Source: Ignavibacteria bacterium (GTDB lineage: Bacteria; Bacteroidota; Ignavibacteria; Tepidaquicellales; OLB5). From it: 64,000 bases of DNA. The translations under genes and the position numbers were made by a program. The notes below the pieces were generated by a model. The model was not told the DNA's origin, made no database searches, and was given only the letters and a program-made list of their open reading frames with translations. Positions 28,708 through 39,001 of this stretch are shown here, one piece after another (positions within the stretch are counted from its first letter, which is position 1; each line of letters opens with the position of its first letter). The DNA lies in NCBI GenBank assembly GCA_019912545.1, contig JAIOIK010000112.1:10038-74037 (forward strand). Direction: 5' to 3'.

Positions 28708-30069
28708 CTAACCCGCTATTTCATCTGCAGCTTCCTCACCAGTAATTATTGCGCCTTCCATGAAACCCTGCCAGTCAGATAAATGTTCACCTGCAAAATA
28801 AGTGCTTAGGAATTTCTTCTTTAGTATCGGCATAACTGTATACCACTGCCCTTTTCCATACAAAGCATAAGCACCTTTTGAAGTCTGGTTTGTTCCCCAA
28901 TAATAGCTGATCTGCTTAACTACTTTGTTCTTAACATCGCCAAACCCAGCCCTAAGCGAGTCTGATATCATATTAATCTTAAATTCATCATTTTGCCTGC
29001 TTACAACATCTGCTTTATCTCCAATTGTGTATGAAATCAACGCGCCCTTTTTACCCGGCTGGTTCTTTGTGCCATGATAGAAATAATGTCCGTAAACATC
29101 TGTGACCATATCAAACGATTCATCATTCCAGAATCTTTCATCAAACAAAATTGCATGTTTACTGATTCTGGCATATTGCAAAGCATTGATAGCATCAATT
29201 TTTTCCTCCGGAAGACCGGGTTTCCAGCTGATCCTGCTTAAAGAATATGTTGGAGTTGTGCATATGAGGTTATCACCGGAAAAAGTTTTTCCGTTATTGC
29301 AAATTACAGAAACTGTTCCATCCAGCTGCTGTACTTCAACTACTTTATGGCCAAGCAAAATGTTATCCGCACCGATTTTTTCTGCAAGCTTCTCCGGAAG
29401 CCTGCTGTTCCCTCCTTTGATCTTAAAGTCCATCTCATTTTTCTCGCTGGATTCGGCATATTCTGCCATTGCAGCATAAGCAGAAACATGCCTGATACTT
29501 TCACCAAAATCTGTACTATCAAACAATTCCCTGATCTGAAGATCGCGCTCACTTATACCATTATTAACAAGATAACGCCACCAATCCATTTTATCAAGTT
29601 TTTGCTTGTCCAGATCTGTAAGTTTGTCATATTCTGTCATTATCTTTGCAAACTTGGTTTTCCAATCGCTGGAATAATCCCACGCTCCTTTTGGATAATA
29701 CTGCCCTGCATAAATCAAATGAGAATCGAACTGATAATTCATAAGTTCAAGCCCCAGTTCACCGCTAAGAGCAAGAATTCTTTCATGCGATGCACCAACC
29801 CAATCCGCACCAAGTTCTATCACAAGGTCTTCGTCCTTATCGATTGTGTGAGAGAATACCCTTCCTCCAATCCTGCCCCTGCTTTCAAGTATGGTAACCT
29901 CACACCCCCTTTGCTTAAGGCGGTATGCCGCTGCAAGTCCTGCAAATCCTGCGCCAATAATAATTACCTTTGGTTTTCCAATCGAATTAATGCTAACAGC
30001 GCCGGGCAGTATAAGTGTGCCCGCTGCCAGAAGAGCTGATGATTTCAAAAAGTCCCTGCGAGATGTCAT
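28708..30069 (-). CDS. Tat-exported flavin-containing amine oxidase family protein
   Basis: Twin-arginine signal MTSRRDFLKSSALLAAG, FAD dinucleotide motif IIIGAGFAGLAAAYRL...ILESRGRIGGR, and C-terminal YFAGEH. Confidence 0.8.
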   Translation of the reverse strand: MTSRRDFLKSSALLAAGTLILPGAVSINSIGKPKVIIIGAGFAGLAAAYRLKQRGCEVTILESRGRIGGRVFSHTIDKDEDLVIELGADWVGASHERILALSGELGLELMNYQFDSHLIYAGQYYPKGAWDYSSDWKTKFAKIMTEYDKLTDLDKQKLDKMDWWRYLVNNGISERDLQIRELFDSTDFGESIRHVSAYAAMAEYAESSEKNEMDFKIKGGNSRLPEKLAEKIGADNILLGHKVVEVQQLDGTVSVICNNGKTFSGDNLICTTPTYSLSRISWKPGLPEEKIDAINALQYARISKHAILFDERFWNDESFDMVTDVYGHYFYHGTKNQPGKKGALISYTIGDKADVVSRQNDEFKINMISDSLRAGFGDVKNKVVKQISYYWGTNQTSKGAYALYGKGQWYTVMPILKKKFLSTYFAGEHLSDWQGFMEGAIITGEEAADEIAG

Positions 30070-30087
30070 ATGTTCCGGCGATAATTT

Positions 30088-31152
30088 TCAGTTAACTGCC
30101 CTTAAAACAAAATATATAATAAGAACAAAATATGATCCGGCAAAAATAAACAGGCTGTACCTATCAAGAGCTTGTGATTTCTTTTCTTTCCCATTCTTCA
30201 TGAAATTAAGAGAAATTGTTGAAATCAGAATGCATAAGAATATATAGATAAATGAAATATCATGCAGAATATCAACCAGCGTAAGGCTCTCATTCTGAGG
30301 CAATGTAGATGAAATAACATATTGGCTTGCAATGGCGGCAAAAATCGCGCCTACCGATAAGCCAAACCTGGGATCAAGATCAAGCGGATTAATGAAGAAA
30401 GTAAGAAGTGATATCAGCACAGAAATGAAAAGGCCAATAAACAGCTTAAAGAAAAGCCCATTGCCTTCTCTTTCAATTGTGAAGAAGATCACTGCCCTTG
30501 AATAGGATGAAAATTCATTAATGGGAATATTCGGGTCACCATAATTTGTTTCATAAACATGATCAAGTACTTTGATACCGAAATCTTTAATCTCCCAGCC
30601 ATCAATATGAACATTTTTGTCAATTCTGCTTGCGATTGTATCCGCAACAAAAACCAGTTTCGAATTATCTTTGTCAAAATCTTCAATATATATCTCGATC
30701 TTCTGCCTGTCAAAAGGAAAGTGAGACACATCCCATTCTTCCTTTATTGTGCTATTGATCCTTACGGTCTGGTACAGGTTCTTCCCTCTTTTCTCACTGG
30801 TTTCCCCCGATTTGTTATATTCAGTTGCATTCATTACTTCAAGGTATTCCAGCATATCAATGCTGTCTCTTGAGGCGTTGTACCATAAGTAAAAATCAAT
30901 ATTAAGCTTACGTCCGGGAAAATCGAGGTCATACAAAGAAAAAATATAAGCCCCAATCTTCACAGTATCAGCAGGCCCGGATGGTTCTTCCTCAACAGGA
31001 GTTTCTTCGCTTGCTTTTTTTTCGGTAATCGAATTTACTTTCAGGGAATCCTTTTTACTCTCCTGTAATAGCGCACCGGAGGCAATCAGGAAGAACAGAA
31101 AAAGCGGTATTGCAGCTATAGTAATTCTTCGGGAACTGTACTTGTTGAGCAT
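30088..31152 (-). CDS. Prokaryotic pentameric ligand-gated ion channel (Cys-loop/Pro-loop receptor homologue)
   Basis: Signal/TM, then a ~200-aa beta-rich ectodomain with the hallmark loop WDVSHFPFDRQKIEIYIED. Four TM helices follow, including an M2-M3 pattern SSTLPQNESLTLVD. Confidence 0.8.
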   Translation of the reverse strand: MLNKYSSRRITIAAIPLFLFFLIASGALLQESKKDSLKVNSITEKKASEETPVEEEPSGPADTVKIGAYIFSLYDLDFPGRKLNIDFYLWYNASRDSIDMLEYLEVMNATEYNKSGETSEKRGKNLYQTVRINSTIKEEWDVSHFPFDRQKIEIYIEDFDKDNSKLVFVADTIASRIDKNVHIDGWEIKDFGIKVLDHVYETNYGDPNIPINEFSSYSRAVIFFTIEREGNGLFFKLFIGLFISVLISLLTFFINPLDLDPRFGLSVGAIFAAIASQYVISSTLPQNESLTLVDILHDISFIYIFLCILISTISLNFMKNGKEKKSQALDRYSLFIFAGSYFVLIIYFVLRAVN

Positions 31153-31168
31153 TCTGTATTATTTTAGA

Positions 31169-31750
31169 TTATGATTTCAGTTTCGATGATAAAAAATACA
31201 CTTCTTCTGCAAGACGTTTGAGTTTCCTTTTAAGAGGGTCTTCATTGATACTGCCATCTGCATGCACAAGTTTATTTGCTGAGCCTATGGCAAGACTTGA
31301 AGGCGCGACGATCCCCCTTAAACTGTGAACAATATTTATCATAGTTTCAAGTGTGCCAAAACCTGCATTTTCGGCTCCGGCTGCCGCAATGAGTCCAACA
31401 GGTTTTCCCGTTAGATAAGGAGGTGTTCTATCCGAAAGGAATTCGAAATAATCAATAACATTCTTGAATGCGGCACTTACGGTTCCATGATATTCCGGCG
31501 AGGCGAAAACAAAACCATCCGACGAACTGATAATGTTAAGCATATCATCGACTGCGGATATATCAGGCTTGATGCCTTTGGAAAAACTGCACAGCGGAAA
31601 ACTCACTTCTTTAATATCAATAATCACCGTTTCCGCGCCAATTGCTGAAATTTCTGCCATTGCAGACTTTAATATGGCAAGGGTTGAAGAATTTTGCTCC
31701 AGACTTCCGCCAATACCTGTTATTTTCAGTTTTCCGCTCATAAAGTTCAA
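31169..31750 (-). CDS. NAD(P)H-dependent FMN reductase family protein
   Basis: 193 aa with a flavodoxin-like fold: ITGIGGSLEQNSST and SPEYHGTVSAAFKNVIDY. Confidence 0.75.
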   Translation of the reverse strand: MNFMSGKLKITGIGGSLEQNSSTLAILKSAMAEISAIGAETVIIDIKEVSFPLCSFSKGIKPDISAVDDMLNIISSSDGFVFASPEYHGTVSAAFKNVIDYFEFLSDRTPPYLTGKPVGLIAAAGAENAGFGTLETMINIVHSLRGIVAPSSLAIGSANKLVHADGSINEDPLKRKLKRLAEEVYFLSSKLKS

Positions 31751-31874
31751 TTATAATAAACTATTAATTAATAAATTAGTCATTCATTTTAATTTATTGA
31801 CCGATCTTGGGGAAGTGGAATATAGAAACATTATCCACTTTAAAGTATGGAATCAATTGAGTAAATTTGCACTT

Positions 31875-32177
31875 ATGACCAAAGAACAGATTTCCAAAGC
31901 TATAAAAGCGCTTCAAAACATTTCAATCGATTTCAAAATTGATTATGTGTTTTTTACCGGCAAATGTATAATAAGAGCGATCGTTCTTAATAATCCTGAT
32001 GATATGAGTAAAGTAAAGAGTATACTGGATGGGGATTTTATGAAGAACCTGAAAATGAAGAAGAGCAAAGAATGGTATTTGGGAGACCAGAAGGAAGTTA
32101 TTTACATGCAGTTGAAAAAGAAGATAGAGATCAGCATTGCCGATTACGAAGAATTTCTTGTTAACAATTACGCATAA
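31875..32177 (+). CDS. Hypothetical small protein (100 aa)
   Basis: This is the 3' part of track ORF 31533..32177; the 5' part is antisense to the FMN reductase gene. ATG 31875 is the first ATG outside that overlap, and a TTG near 31797 is an alternative. Its 3' end overlaps the gatA 3' end by 17 nt. Confidence 0.35.
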   Translation: MTKEQISKAIKALQNISIDFKIDYVFFTGKCIIRAIVLNNPDDMSKVKSILDGDFMKNLKMKKSKEWYLGDQKEVIYMQLKKKIEISIADYEEFLVNNYA

Positions 32178-33576
32178 TATAATTCCCAAGTTTTAAGACT
32201 GATACTTCATCAAAATCCCTGCCGATGATCTGCAATCCAACGGGAAGTTTTTCATTATCAAAGCCAATTGGTATGCTTAAAGCCGGGTTTCCCGAAAGGT
32301 TTGATGATGTTGTATAAACATCATTCAGGTACATCTCCAGCGGATCATCGGTCTTTTCACCTATCTTAAAAGCTGTTGTTGGAGTAGTTGGGGTAATAAT
32401 AAGATCAACATCTTTGAATGCCTTTACAAAATCATTTTTGATCAGACGCCTTACTTTCTGAGCTTTCCTGTAATATGCATCATAATAACCCGCCGAAAGT
32501 ACATATGTACCAAGCATTATCCTGCGCTTTACTTCCGCTCCAAATCCCTCAGTTCTTGAATTTACATACATTTCTTCAAGGTCGTTATATGAAGAAGCTC
32601 TTACACCATACCTGGCTCCGTCATACCTGGCAAGGTTGCTGGATGCTTCCGCTGTAGTTAATATATAGTACGCCTGGATTGAATATTTAAGGTTTGGGAG
32701 ACTGATATTCTTTATCACAAATCCGTCTGATGCAAGTTTCTTAATTACTTCTTTGATCTGTAATCTGATTTCGTCCTGCAATCCTTCTTCAAACAGATCC
32801 GGTACGATACCAATTGTTAATTTGTCCCTAAATTCAAAGTTATGACTGTAATCATTGACATCATTTTCCGCAGAAGTAGAGTCTCCATTATCATGGCCGG
32901 CCATCACTTCAAGAACTAAAGCAGCATCGGCAATATTTTTTGCAAACGGCCCGATGCAATCGAATGAAGAGGCAAAGGCAGTGAGCCCCTTTCTTGAAAT
33001 TCTGCCATAAGTAGGCTTTAGGCCAACTATTCCGCAAAGCGCTGCCGGCTGCCTGATAGAGCCGCCTGTATCAGTACCAAGAGAGACCATGCACATACCT
33101 GCGGCTACTGCAACTGCACTGCCACCTGAAGATCCGCCGGGCACTCTTGTATTATCAACAGGGTTTTTGACTATACCATAGGCTGAATTCTCGTTGGATG
33201 AACCCATTGCAAACTCATCACAATTTGTTTTGCCGATTATTATTGCATCTTCATCTATTAATCGCTTAACAGCCGTTGCTGTGTATAATGGCTCAAAATT
33301 CTGTAATATTTTAGAACCGCATGTTAAAGTCCTGCTCTTAATAGATAGTACATCCTTCACTGCAATGACCATGCCTGCAAGTTTACCTGCACTTTTGTTT
33401 TTTAATTTCAGGTCAATTTCTGCTGCCCTGGCAAGTGATTCTTCTTCAAAAACAGAAAGGAAAGCATTCAAATGCTTTCCTTTTTTAATATTGTCCAAAT
33501 AATACTTTACGGCTTCTAAAACAGAAGTCTTACCTGCATCCAGACCGGAACGTAAAGCAGAATAATCATTATACAT
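32161..33576 (-). CDS. gatA: Glutamyl-tRNA(Gln) amidotransferase subunit A
   Basis: 471 aa with the amidase signature GGSSGGSAVAVAAG and GTDTGGSIRQPA. Confidence 0.9.
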   Translation of the reverse strand: MYNDYSALRSGLDAGKTSVLEAVKYYLDNIKKGKHLNAFLSVFEEESLARAAEIDLKLKNKSAGKLAGMVIAVKDVLSIKSRTLTCGSKILQNFEPLYTATAVKRLIDEDAIIIGKTNCDEFAMGSSNENSAYGIVKNPVDNTRVPGGSSGGSAVAVAAGMCMVSLGTDTGGSIRQPAALCGIVGLKPTYGRISRKGLTAFASSFDCIGPFAKNIADAALVLEVMAGHDNGDSTSAENDVNDYSHNFEFRDKLTIGIVPDLFEEGLQDEIRLQIKEVIKKLASDGFVIKNISLPNLKYSIQAYYILTTAEASSNLARYDGARYGVRASSYNDLEEMYVNSRTEGFGAEVKRRIMLGTYVLSAGYYDAYYRKAQKVRRLIKNDFVKAFKDVDLIITPTTPTTAFKIGEKTDDPLEMYLNDVYTTSSNLSGNPALSIPIGFDNEKLPVGLQIIGRDFDEVSVLKLGNYIMRNC

Positions 33577-33579
33577 AGA

Positions 33580-33765
33580 TCAGCTCTGCTTTTTCTCCTC
33601 TGTTGGCGCGCTGGTAATCTCTGTTTCAATATCTTTTGAAGCTTTTTTGAATTCTCTTATTCCTTTGCCAAGCCCGCTCATCAGATCGGGTATTTTCTTA
33701 GCTCCAAATAAAACCAGAATTACGATACATATCAGAATTATTTCCTGTGTCCCTAATCCGAACAT
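33580..33765 (-). CDS. tatA: Twin-arginine translocase subunit TatA/E
   Basis: 61 aa: [42 protein letters not shown]. Confidence 0.9.
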   Translation of the reverse strand: MFGLGTQEIILICIVILVLFGAKKIPDLMSGLGKGIREFKKASKDIETEITSAPTEEKKQS

Positions 33766-33799
33766 TTCTTACTCCCCGCTCTCATATTGAGAACATTTA

Positions 33800-33892
33800 T
33801 TAATTAAAAATCTTAACTATAAGTTTAACTGCGCAATATGCTGTAATTATAACTACAAACATTATGACTGCAGTTTCTAAAGTACCGAACAT
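33800..33892 (-). CDS. Possible 30-aa hydrophobic micro-ORF
   Basis: MFGTLETAVIMFVVIITAYCAVKLIVKIFN, between purQ and tatA. No clear RBS, so the call is weak. Confidence 0.2.
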   Translation of the reverse strand: MFGTLETAVIMFVVIITAYCAVKLIVKIFN

Positions 33893-33910
33893 ATTTCTTA
33901 AAAGTTTTGA

Positions 33911-34591
33911 TTAATTCAGATAATTTATCACGCTTTCAAATATGTACCTGCCATCGTGACCGCCTAAAATGTCATCGCTGTATCTTTCCGGGTGAGGCAT
34001 CATACCAAGAACATTGCCTTTTTTATTGACGATACCGGCGATGTTCTTTAGTGAACCATTAGGGTTATCTTCATAACGGAATAATATCTGCCCGTTTGAT
34101 TCAAGTTCACTAAGCGTATTTTCATCACAGATATAATTTCCGTCACCATGTGCAACCGGTAAAACTATCCGGTCTTTATTCGGCACACCATTAAATGTTC
34201 CTGTAAAAATCGACTTTTTGTTTTCAACATTCAAAGTAACATTGCGGCATACAAACTTAAGATTCTCGTTCCTGAGGAGCGCCCCGGGAAGCAAACCCGC
34301 TTCGCATAATATCTGGAACCCATTGCATATTCCCATCACAATGCCGCCGCTCTCTGCAAATCTTACAACTTCTTTCATGACGCTAGAAAACCTTGCAATT
34401 GCTCCGCATCTTAAATAATCACCGTATGAAAATCCGCCCGGCACTATCAAAACGTTTCTGTTGCCAATTGAAGAATCTTTATGCCACAGGTATTCAGTAT
34501 CCTGTTCTAAGACATGTTTTAAAGTATTATATGCATCATGATCGCAATTAGAGCCGGGGAAAACAATTACACCAAACTTTGCTTTTGTCAT
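33911..34591 (-). CDS. purQ: Phosphoribosylformylglycinamidine synthase, glutaminase subunit
   Basis: 226 aa class-I glutamine amidotransferase (GICNGFQ, MPHPER). Confidence 0.9.
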   Translation of the reverse strand: MTKAKFGVIVFPGSNCDHDAYNTLKHVLEQDTEYLWHKDSSIGNRNVLIVPGGFSYGDYLRCGAIARFSSVMKEVVRFAESGGIVMGICNGFQILCEAGLLPGALLRNENLKFVCRNVTLNVENKKSIFTGTFNGVPNKDRIVLPVAHGDGNYICDENTLSELESNGQILFRYEDNPNGSLKNIAGIVNKKGNVLGMMPHPERYSDDILGGHDGRYIFESVINYLN

Positions 34592-34848
34592 TTATCTCCG
34601 TTCAGGCTGGTGATCTCATACTCATAATCTTCCATAACGGGATTTGCAAGTAACTTGCCGCATACTTCATCGGTCATTTTTTTTGCTTCTGTTTCGGAAG
34701 ATGCATCGATCTTTAGCTCTATGAACTTCCCTATTCTTGTATCTTTGATCTTATCATAACCAAGTGACTGGAATGAATGCTCAACAGCTTTTCCCTGGGG
34801 ATCAAGAATAGATCTTCTAAGTGTAACCTTTATTTTTGCTGAATACAA
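34588..34848 (-). CDS. purS: Phosphoribosylformylglycinamidine synthase subunit PurS
   Basis: 86 aa with [12 protein letters not shown] and [12 protein letters not shown]. Overlaps purQ by 4 nt. Confidence 0.85.
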   Translation of the reverse strand: MYSAKIKVTLRRSILDPQGKAVEHSFQSLGYDKIKDTRIGKFIELKIDASSETEAKKMTDEVCGKLLANPVMEDYEYEITSLNGDK

Positions 34849-34852
34849 TATA

Positions 34853-35266
34853 TTATATAGTATATTTCTTATAAATTCTCTTAAGTATAAAAAGCAGCAT
34901 CAGGCTTAAAAGCATAACCGAAAATATCGGCATAACATTTATGTTTGCTTCTACCAAAAGCCTTTTGTTAACATAACCTGTGTTAAATTTGGATCTTACC
35001 TTTGCAAACACAACCTGCCCGTTATCAGCAGATTCCCAGTTTTCAACATAGACAAAATCTCCGCCTTTTACCTTAGCGCTTGCATTATGATAATCATTAG
35101 GATCATTTAAAAGCGGAATATAACCATACGGTGAATTCCTGAGTATTGCTCTATCGTAAGCAAAATTATTGTAAATATCCATCGCGCTGTTAACCAGAGC
35201 GAATGTAACAAAAAAAAGAACAATAAAACCGAGGGCTTTAAAAAAGACAGATATTACCCTTCTCAA
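34853..35266 (-). CDS. Membrane protein with SH3-like domain
   Basis: 137 aa with N- and C-terminal TM helices flanking KVKGGDFVYVENWESADNGQVVFAKVRSKFNTGYVNKRLL. Confidence 0.5.
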   Translation of the reverse strand: MRRVISVFFKALGFIVLFFVTFALVNSAMDIYNNFAYDRAILRNSPYGYIPLLNDPNDYHNASAKVKGGDFVYVENWESADNGQVVFAKVRSKFNTGYVNKRLLVEANINVMPIFSVMLLSLMLLFILKRIYKKYTI

Positions 35267-35277
35267 TTAATTGGTAT

Positions 35278-36351
35278 TTATTTTGAACTAAGCTGTTTTT
35301 CTACTTTTTCTTTCTGCTCCTTATAAAGCTTTGCATCAAATATTTTTACAGCATTATCAATAGCTTCCAGTGATTTCGAATAATCTTTCAGGTTGAAATA
35401 AAACACTGATTGCCAGTAATAGTTTGCTGCCTCTGCGGTTGAGCCCTTTACATATGGCAAAGACATTTCAAGGATACTTAATCCGCGCATAATATCCTCG
35501 TTCGTCGATTTTTCATTCTTACCTATTGTTCTAGCCTGTGAGTTCAGGAATCTGCCGTAAGCTATCCTTACCTGCTCGTCATTCGGGAATTTGCTTAAAG
35601 CTTCTTTGAACCATTTTTCTGCAGTTGCAATATCAGCTTTGTTGGTATTATACCTCTCACCAATGCTTGTATAAGCATCTTTTAACACATTGCTATTGGG
35701 GTTTTCGGCAACAAACTTCTCCAGATTTGCCAAAACAACTGCAGTATCAGAAAGTTCAGCAATCATATATTTTGCATCATCTGTTCTGCCGTAGGTGTTA
35801 TCGGGGTCAATTTCAATTATCTTATTATAATTATTCTTAGCTTCGTCAGTCTTATCCATTGTTATCAGCTTATCTGCGATCTTGAAATTAGCTTCAATAT
35901 TTGAAGGATCTTTTTCTAGCGTTGTCTTCAGCTCAGTAAAAGTATTTTTCTTCTGGCTGTAATCAACCATCATTTCTTTGAACTGGGGTGCAGGATAATA
36001 ACCGTAAATCCTTTCAACCTCATTGCCATCTCCATCTATGAATAAAATTGTCGGATAACCTTCCACTTTATACTTCTCTTTAAAGGCAATTCCTTCACCT
36101 TTTTCAGCATCTATCTTATAATTGATCTGCTTGGTATTGGCATAATCATAAACATCCGGCCTTGAATAAACCAGGTTATCAAGCTCAACGCACCAAACAC
36201 ACCAGTCAGTCATTACATCAACCATAACAACCTTGTTTTCAGCTTTGGCTTTTGCAAGTACTTCGCTGACTGTACCTTTTTCAAAATTTAGCTGGCTGAA
36301 TACCGAAGAGGTAAATACAAAGAGGGCAACCAAGAAAACTGCTTTTTTCAT
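35278..36351 (-). CDS. Secreted thioredoxin-fold + TPR protein
   Basis: Signal peptide, WCVWC redox motif, then C-terminal TPR-like repeats. Confidence 0.7.
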   Translation of the reverse strand: MKKAVFLVALFVFTSSVFSQLNFEKGTVSEVLAKAKAENKVVMVDVMTDWCVWCVELDNLVYSRPDVYDYANTKQINYKIDAEKGEGIAFKEKYKVEGYPTILFIDGDGNEVERIYGYYPAPQFKEMMVDYSQKKNTFTELKTTLEKDPSNIEANFKIADKLITMDKTDEAKNNYNKIIEIDPDNTYGRTDDAKYMIAELSDTAVVLANLEKFVAENPNSNVLKDAYTSIGERYNTNKADIATAEKWFKEALSKFPNDEQVRIAYGRFLNSQARTIGKNEKSTNEDIMRGLSILEMSLPYVKGSTAEAANYYWQSVFYFNLKDYSKSLEAIDNAVKIFDAKLYKEQKEKVEKQLSSK

Positions 36352-36441
36352 TTTATACCGGTTATTTTTGATAGTTTATATAGTACCTTAAAATAACAAT
36401 TTAAGTTCAAATCTAATATGGTTATATTAGTATATATTTAA

Positions 36442-38982
36442 ATGAATAAATTCGCTAAAACGTTTCTTGGTTTATTGGTAATTGTCATACCCTCAATCCT
36501 TATTTTGGGCTTACTTTTCAATAATTTGTCGCAAAAATCCTTTTATCCTACCACTGGTGAAATAGCTGTTTCAGGCATCAAATCGCCCGTAAAGGTCTAT
36601 TTCGATAAATATGGCGTGCCGCACGTATTGGCAAAAGATGAAGACGATGCGTTCTTTACCCAGGGATATCTGCATGCAAGAGACAGGCTTTGGCAAATGG
36701 ATCTTACCCGCAGGGTTGCCGAAGGCAGGCTTTCCGAGATCTTCGGATCAGGTACAATGAACTTCGACAAAATGTTCAGAACGATAGGGATTCATAGGTT
36801 TGCATACAACTGGTATAATAATATAAGCCCGAAATCCAAACAGATGTTAACGGCTTACACTCTTGGAGTAAATAAATTTATCGAAACACATTATGATAAT
36901 CTGCCGGTTGAGTTTGATGCATTGAATTACCGTCCCGAACCGTGGAAACCCGAACACTCGCTTATGCTTGCCCGTATGATGGCATGGGATTTAAACATTG
37001 CATGGTACACTGATTATATTATCGGCGAACTTGTTAATAAAACGGGACTCGAAAAAACCTCTGAGATATTTCCTGATTCCAATATTACAATTTTTAAAAA
37101 TTCTCCGTCTGAAACTGAAGAAAGTGATTCCATAGAAACCAAAAGAAAAGAAACAGGAAGCACAGAACAATTTCGAATGTTTGCTGCACTTGGAAAAGGC
37201 ATTTTTGAAATTAATGAAAGTTACAGGAAATTCCTTGGGCTTGAAGGTTCTCATATCGGAAGTAACTCCTGGGTAGTCTCTTCACAAAAATCAATAACCG
37301 GAAAACCGATCCTTGCAAATGATCCTCACCTTGCCTTGCAGGCGCCTTCCCGCTGGTATGAGATATATATAAAGGGAGGCGAACTTGATGTTCAGGGAAT
37401 GAGCTTTCCCGGAGTGCCTTCGGTTGTAATTGGCAATAATAAATTTATTGCATGGGGCTTAACGAATTTGATGAACGATGATAACGATTTTATCATACTC
37501 AACAGAGACTCTGCAGGCAATAAGTATGTTTATGAAAATAAATCCTATGAACTGGACTCGATCAAGGAGAAAATATATGTAAAGGACTCTCTGGAAACAG
37601 AATATGTTGTAAGGCTTACTAAAATTGGTCCTGTTGTTTCAGACTTAAACATAAGGGGCTTCGCAGATTTTCAACCGAAAAGCAATGACCCGTATGAAGA
37701 TAAGCTAATGACCCTCAGATGGACGGGATATGAATTAAGCGATGAGTTGAATTGCTTTTATGGTATTAATACGGCAAAGAATTGGGATGAATTCGAAAAT
37801 GCACTGAAGAATTTCGGCGCGCCGGCACAGAATTTTACATATGCAGATGTTTACGGGAATATCGGATACCAGGCTGCCGGAAAAATACCAATAAGAAAAA
37901 CTTTGGATAATAACAGTTATGTTTATCCATCAGATGCAGATTTAGACTGGACGGGATTCATTGATTTCGAAAAAATGCCTTCAGTTTATAATCCAAAAGA
38001 AGGCTACATAGTTACCGCAAATACAAATCCGTTTAGCTGGATCGCTGCAGATAATTCAAAAGAAAAAGCGCAGGAAAAATTCTACATTTCATATTTATGG
38101 GAATCTGATTCCAGGTTTAACAGGATCAGCAATTTCCTGAGGTCACGCAGTTTGTTCGATATGGATGATTTCAGGCTTCTTCAGAATAACATTGAGTCAC
38201 CTTACGCAGCGAACCTTTCACGTCACCTGATCATGGCTTATGACAGCCTATCTGTAAGTGACGACAATATAAAGTGGTGTGTGGATAGATTCAGATCCTG
38301 GAATGGCGAAATGAAGGCCGGTGAATCAATTGCATCTGTTTACAATACATTTTTGGTTTACCTCTTAAAAAACATTTATGAAGATGAACTGGGGAAAGAT
38401 GTATTTAGGGACTTTTTGATCGTACAGAACATTCCTTACCGCTCACTTGAGCTCATTTTAAATCAAAGTGATAACCCCTGGTTTGATAATGTCAACACAT
38501 CACAAAAAGAATATAAGAACGAAATTTTAAGAAGAAGCCTTGAGCAGGCAATTGAATTTCTGAAGCTGAAATTCACAAACCAGGATATTAATACCTGGCA
38601 CTGGGGTCAGATCCATAATGTTAAATTCCGCCATCCGCTTGGACTTGTTGATGCATTGGATAAAACCTTCAATATTGGTCCATATGAAATTGGCGGGGAC
38701 CAGACAACTGTTAACAATACAGAATTCAGTTTTAATGAAGTAATAGAAGACGGCAAATTCTCAGTTGTAATTGGCGCATCTATGAGAAGAATAGTCAGCC
38801 TTTCGGCAATAGAGCATCCTCTATCAATTAATTCCACAGGGCAATCCGGCCAGCCTGTGAACGATAACTACAGCGACCAGGCAAAGATGTGGCTCTATGG
38901 AGAGTATAAGACAAATACATCAAGCGAGATAGAAATGCTGGATAAAAGATATGAATTGTTAACATTAACACCTATAAATTAG
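36442..38982 (+). CDS. Penicillin/AHL acylase family Ntn-hydrolase (peptidase S45)
   Basis: 846 aa. GYLHARDRLWQMD and the autoprocessing site G-SNSWVVS. Confidence 0.85.
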   Translation: MNKFAKTFLGLLVIVIPSILILGLLFNNLSQKSFYPTTGEIAVSGIKSPVKVYFDKYGVPHVLAKDEDDAFFTQGYLHARDRLWQMDLTRRVAEGRLSEIFGSGTMNFDKMFRTIGIHRFAYNWYNNISPKSKQMLTAYTLGVNKFIETHYDNLPVEFDALNYRPEPWKPEHSLMLARMMAWDLNIAWYTDYIIGELVNKTGLEKTSEIFPDSNITIFKNSPSETEESDSIETKRKETGSTEQFRMFAALGKGIFEINESYRKFLGLEGSHIGSNSWVVSSQKSITGKPILANDPHLALQAPSRWYEIYIKGGELDVQGMSFPGVPSVVIGNNKFIAWGLTNLMNDDNDFIILNRDSAGNKYVYENKSYELDSIKEKIYVKDSLETEYVVRLTKIGPVVSDLNIRGFADFQPKSNDPYEDKLMTLRWTGYELSDELNCFYGINTAKNWDEFENALKNFGAPAQNFTYADVYGNIGYQAAGKIPIRKTLDNNSYVYPSDADLDWTGFIDFEKMPSVYNPKEGYIVTANTNPFSWIAADNSKEKAQEKFYISYLWESDSRFNRISNFLRSRSLFDMDDFRLLQNNIESPYAANLSRHLIMAYDSLSVSDDNIKWCVDRFRSWNGEMKAGESIASVYNTFLVYLLKNIYEDELGKDVFRDFLIVQNIPYRSLELILNQSDNPWFDNVNTSQKEYKNEILRRSLEQAIEFLKLKFTNQDINTWHWGQIHNVKFRHPLGLVDALDKTFNIGPYEIGGDQTTVNNTEFSFNEVIEDGKFSVVIGASMRRIVSLSAIEHPLSINSTGQSGQPVNDNYSDQAKMWLYGEYKTNTSSEIEMLDKRYELLTLTPIN

Positions 38983-39001
38983 TGAAACCGCAAGAACTGA
39001 A

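Noticed and set aside
29102-30247. Plus-strand ORFs of 125, 230 and 118 aa
   Set aside because: They lie antisense within the well-supported amine oxidase gene (Tat signal, FAD motifs). They have no motifs of their own and an odd composition.
31533-31874. 5' part of the 214-aa plus-strand ORF
   Set aside because: This part is antisense to the FMN reductase gene. Only the portion after 31875 lies in otherwise non-coding DNA, so I kept only that, and at low confidence.
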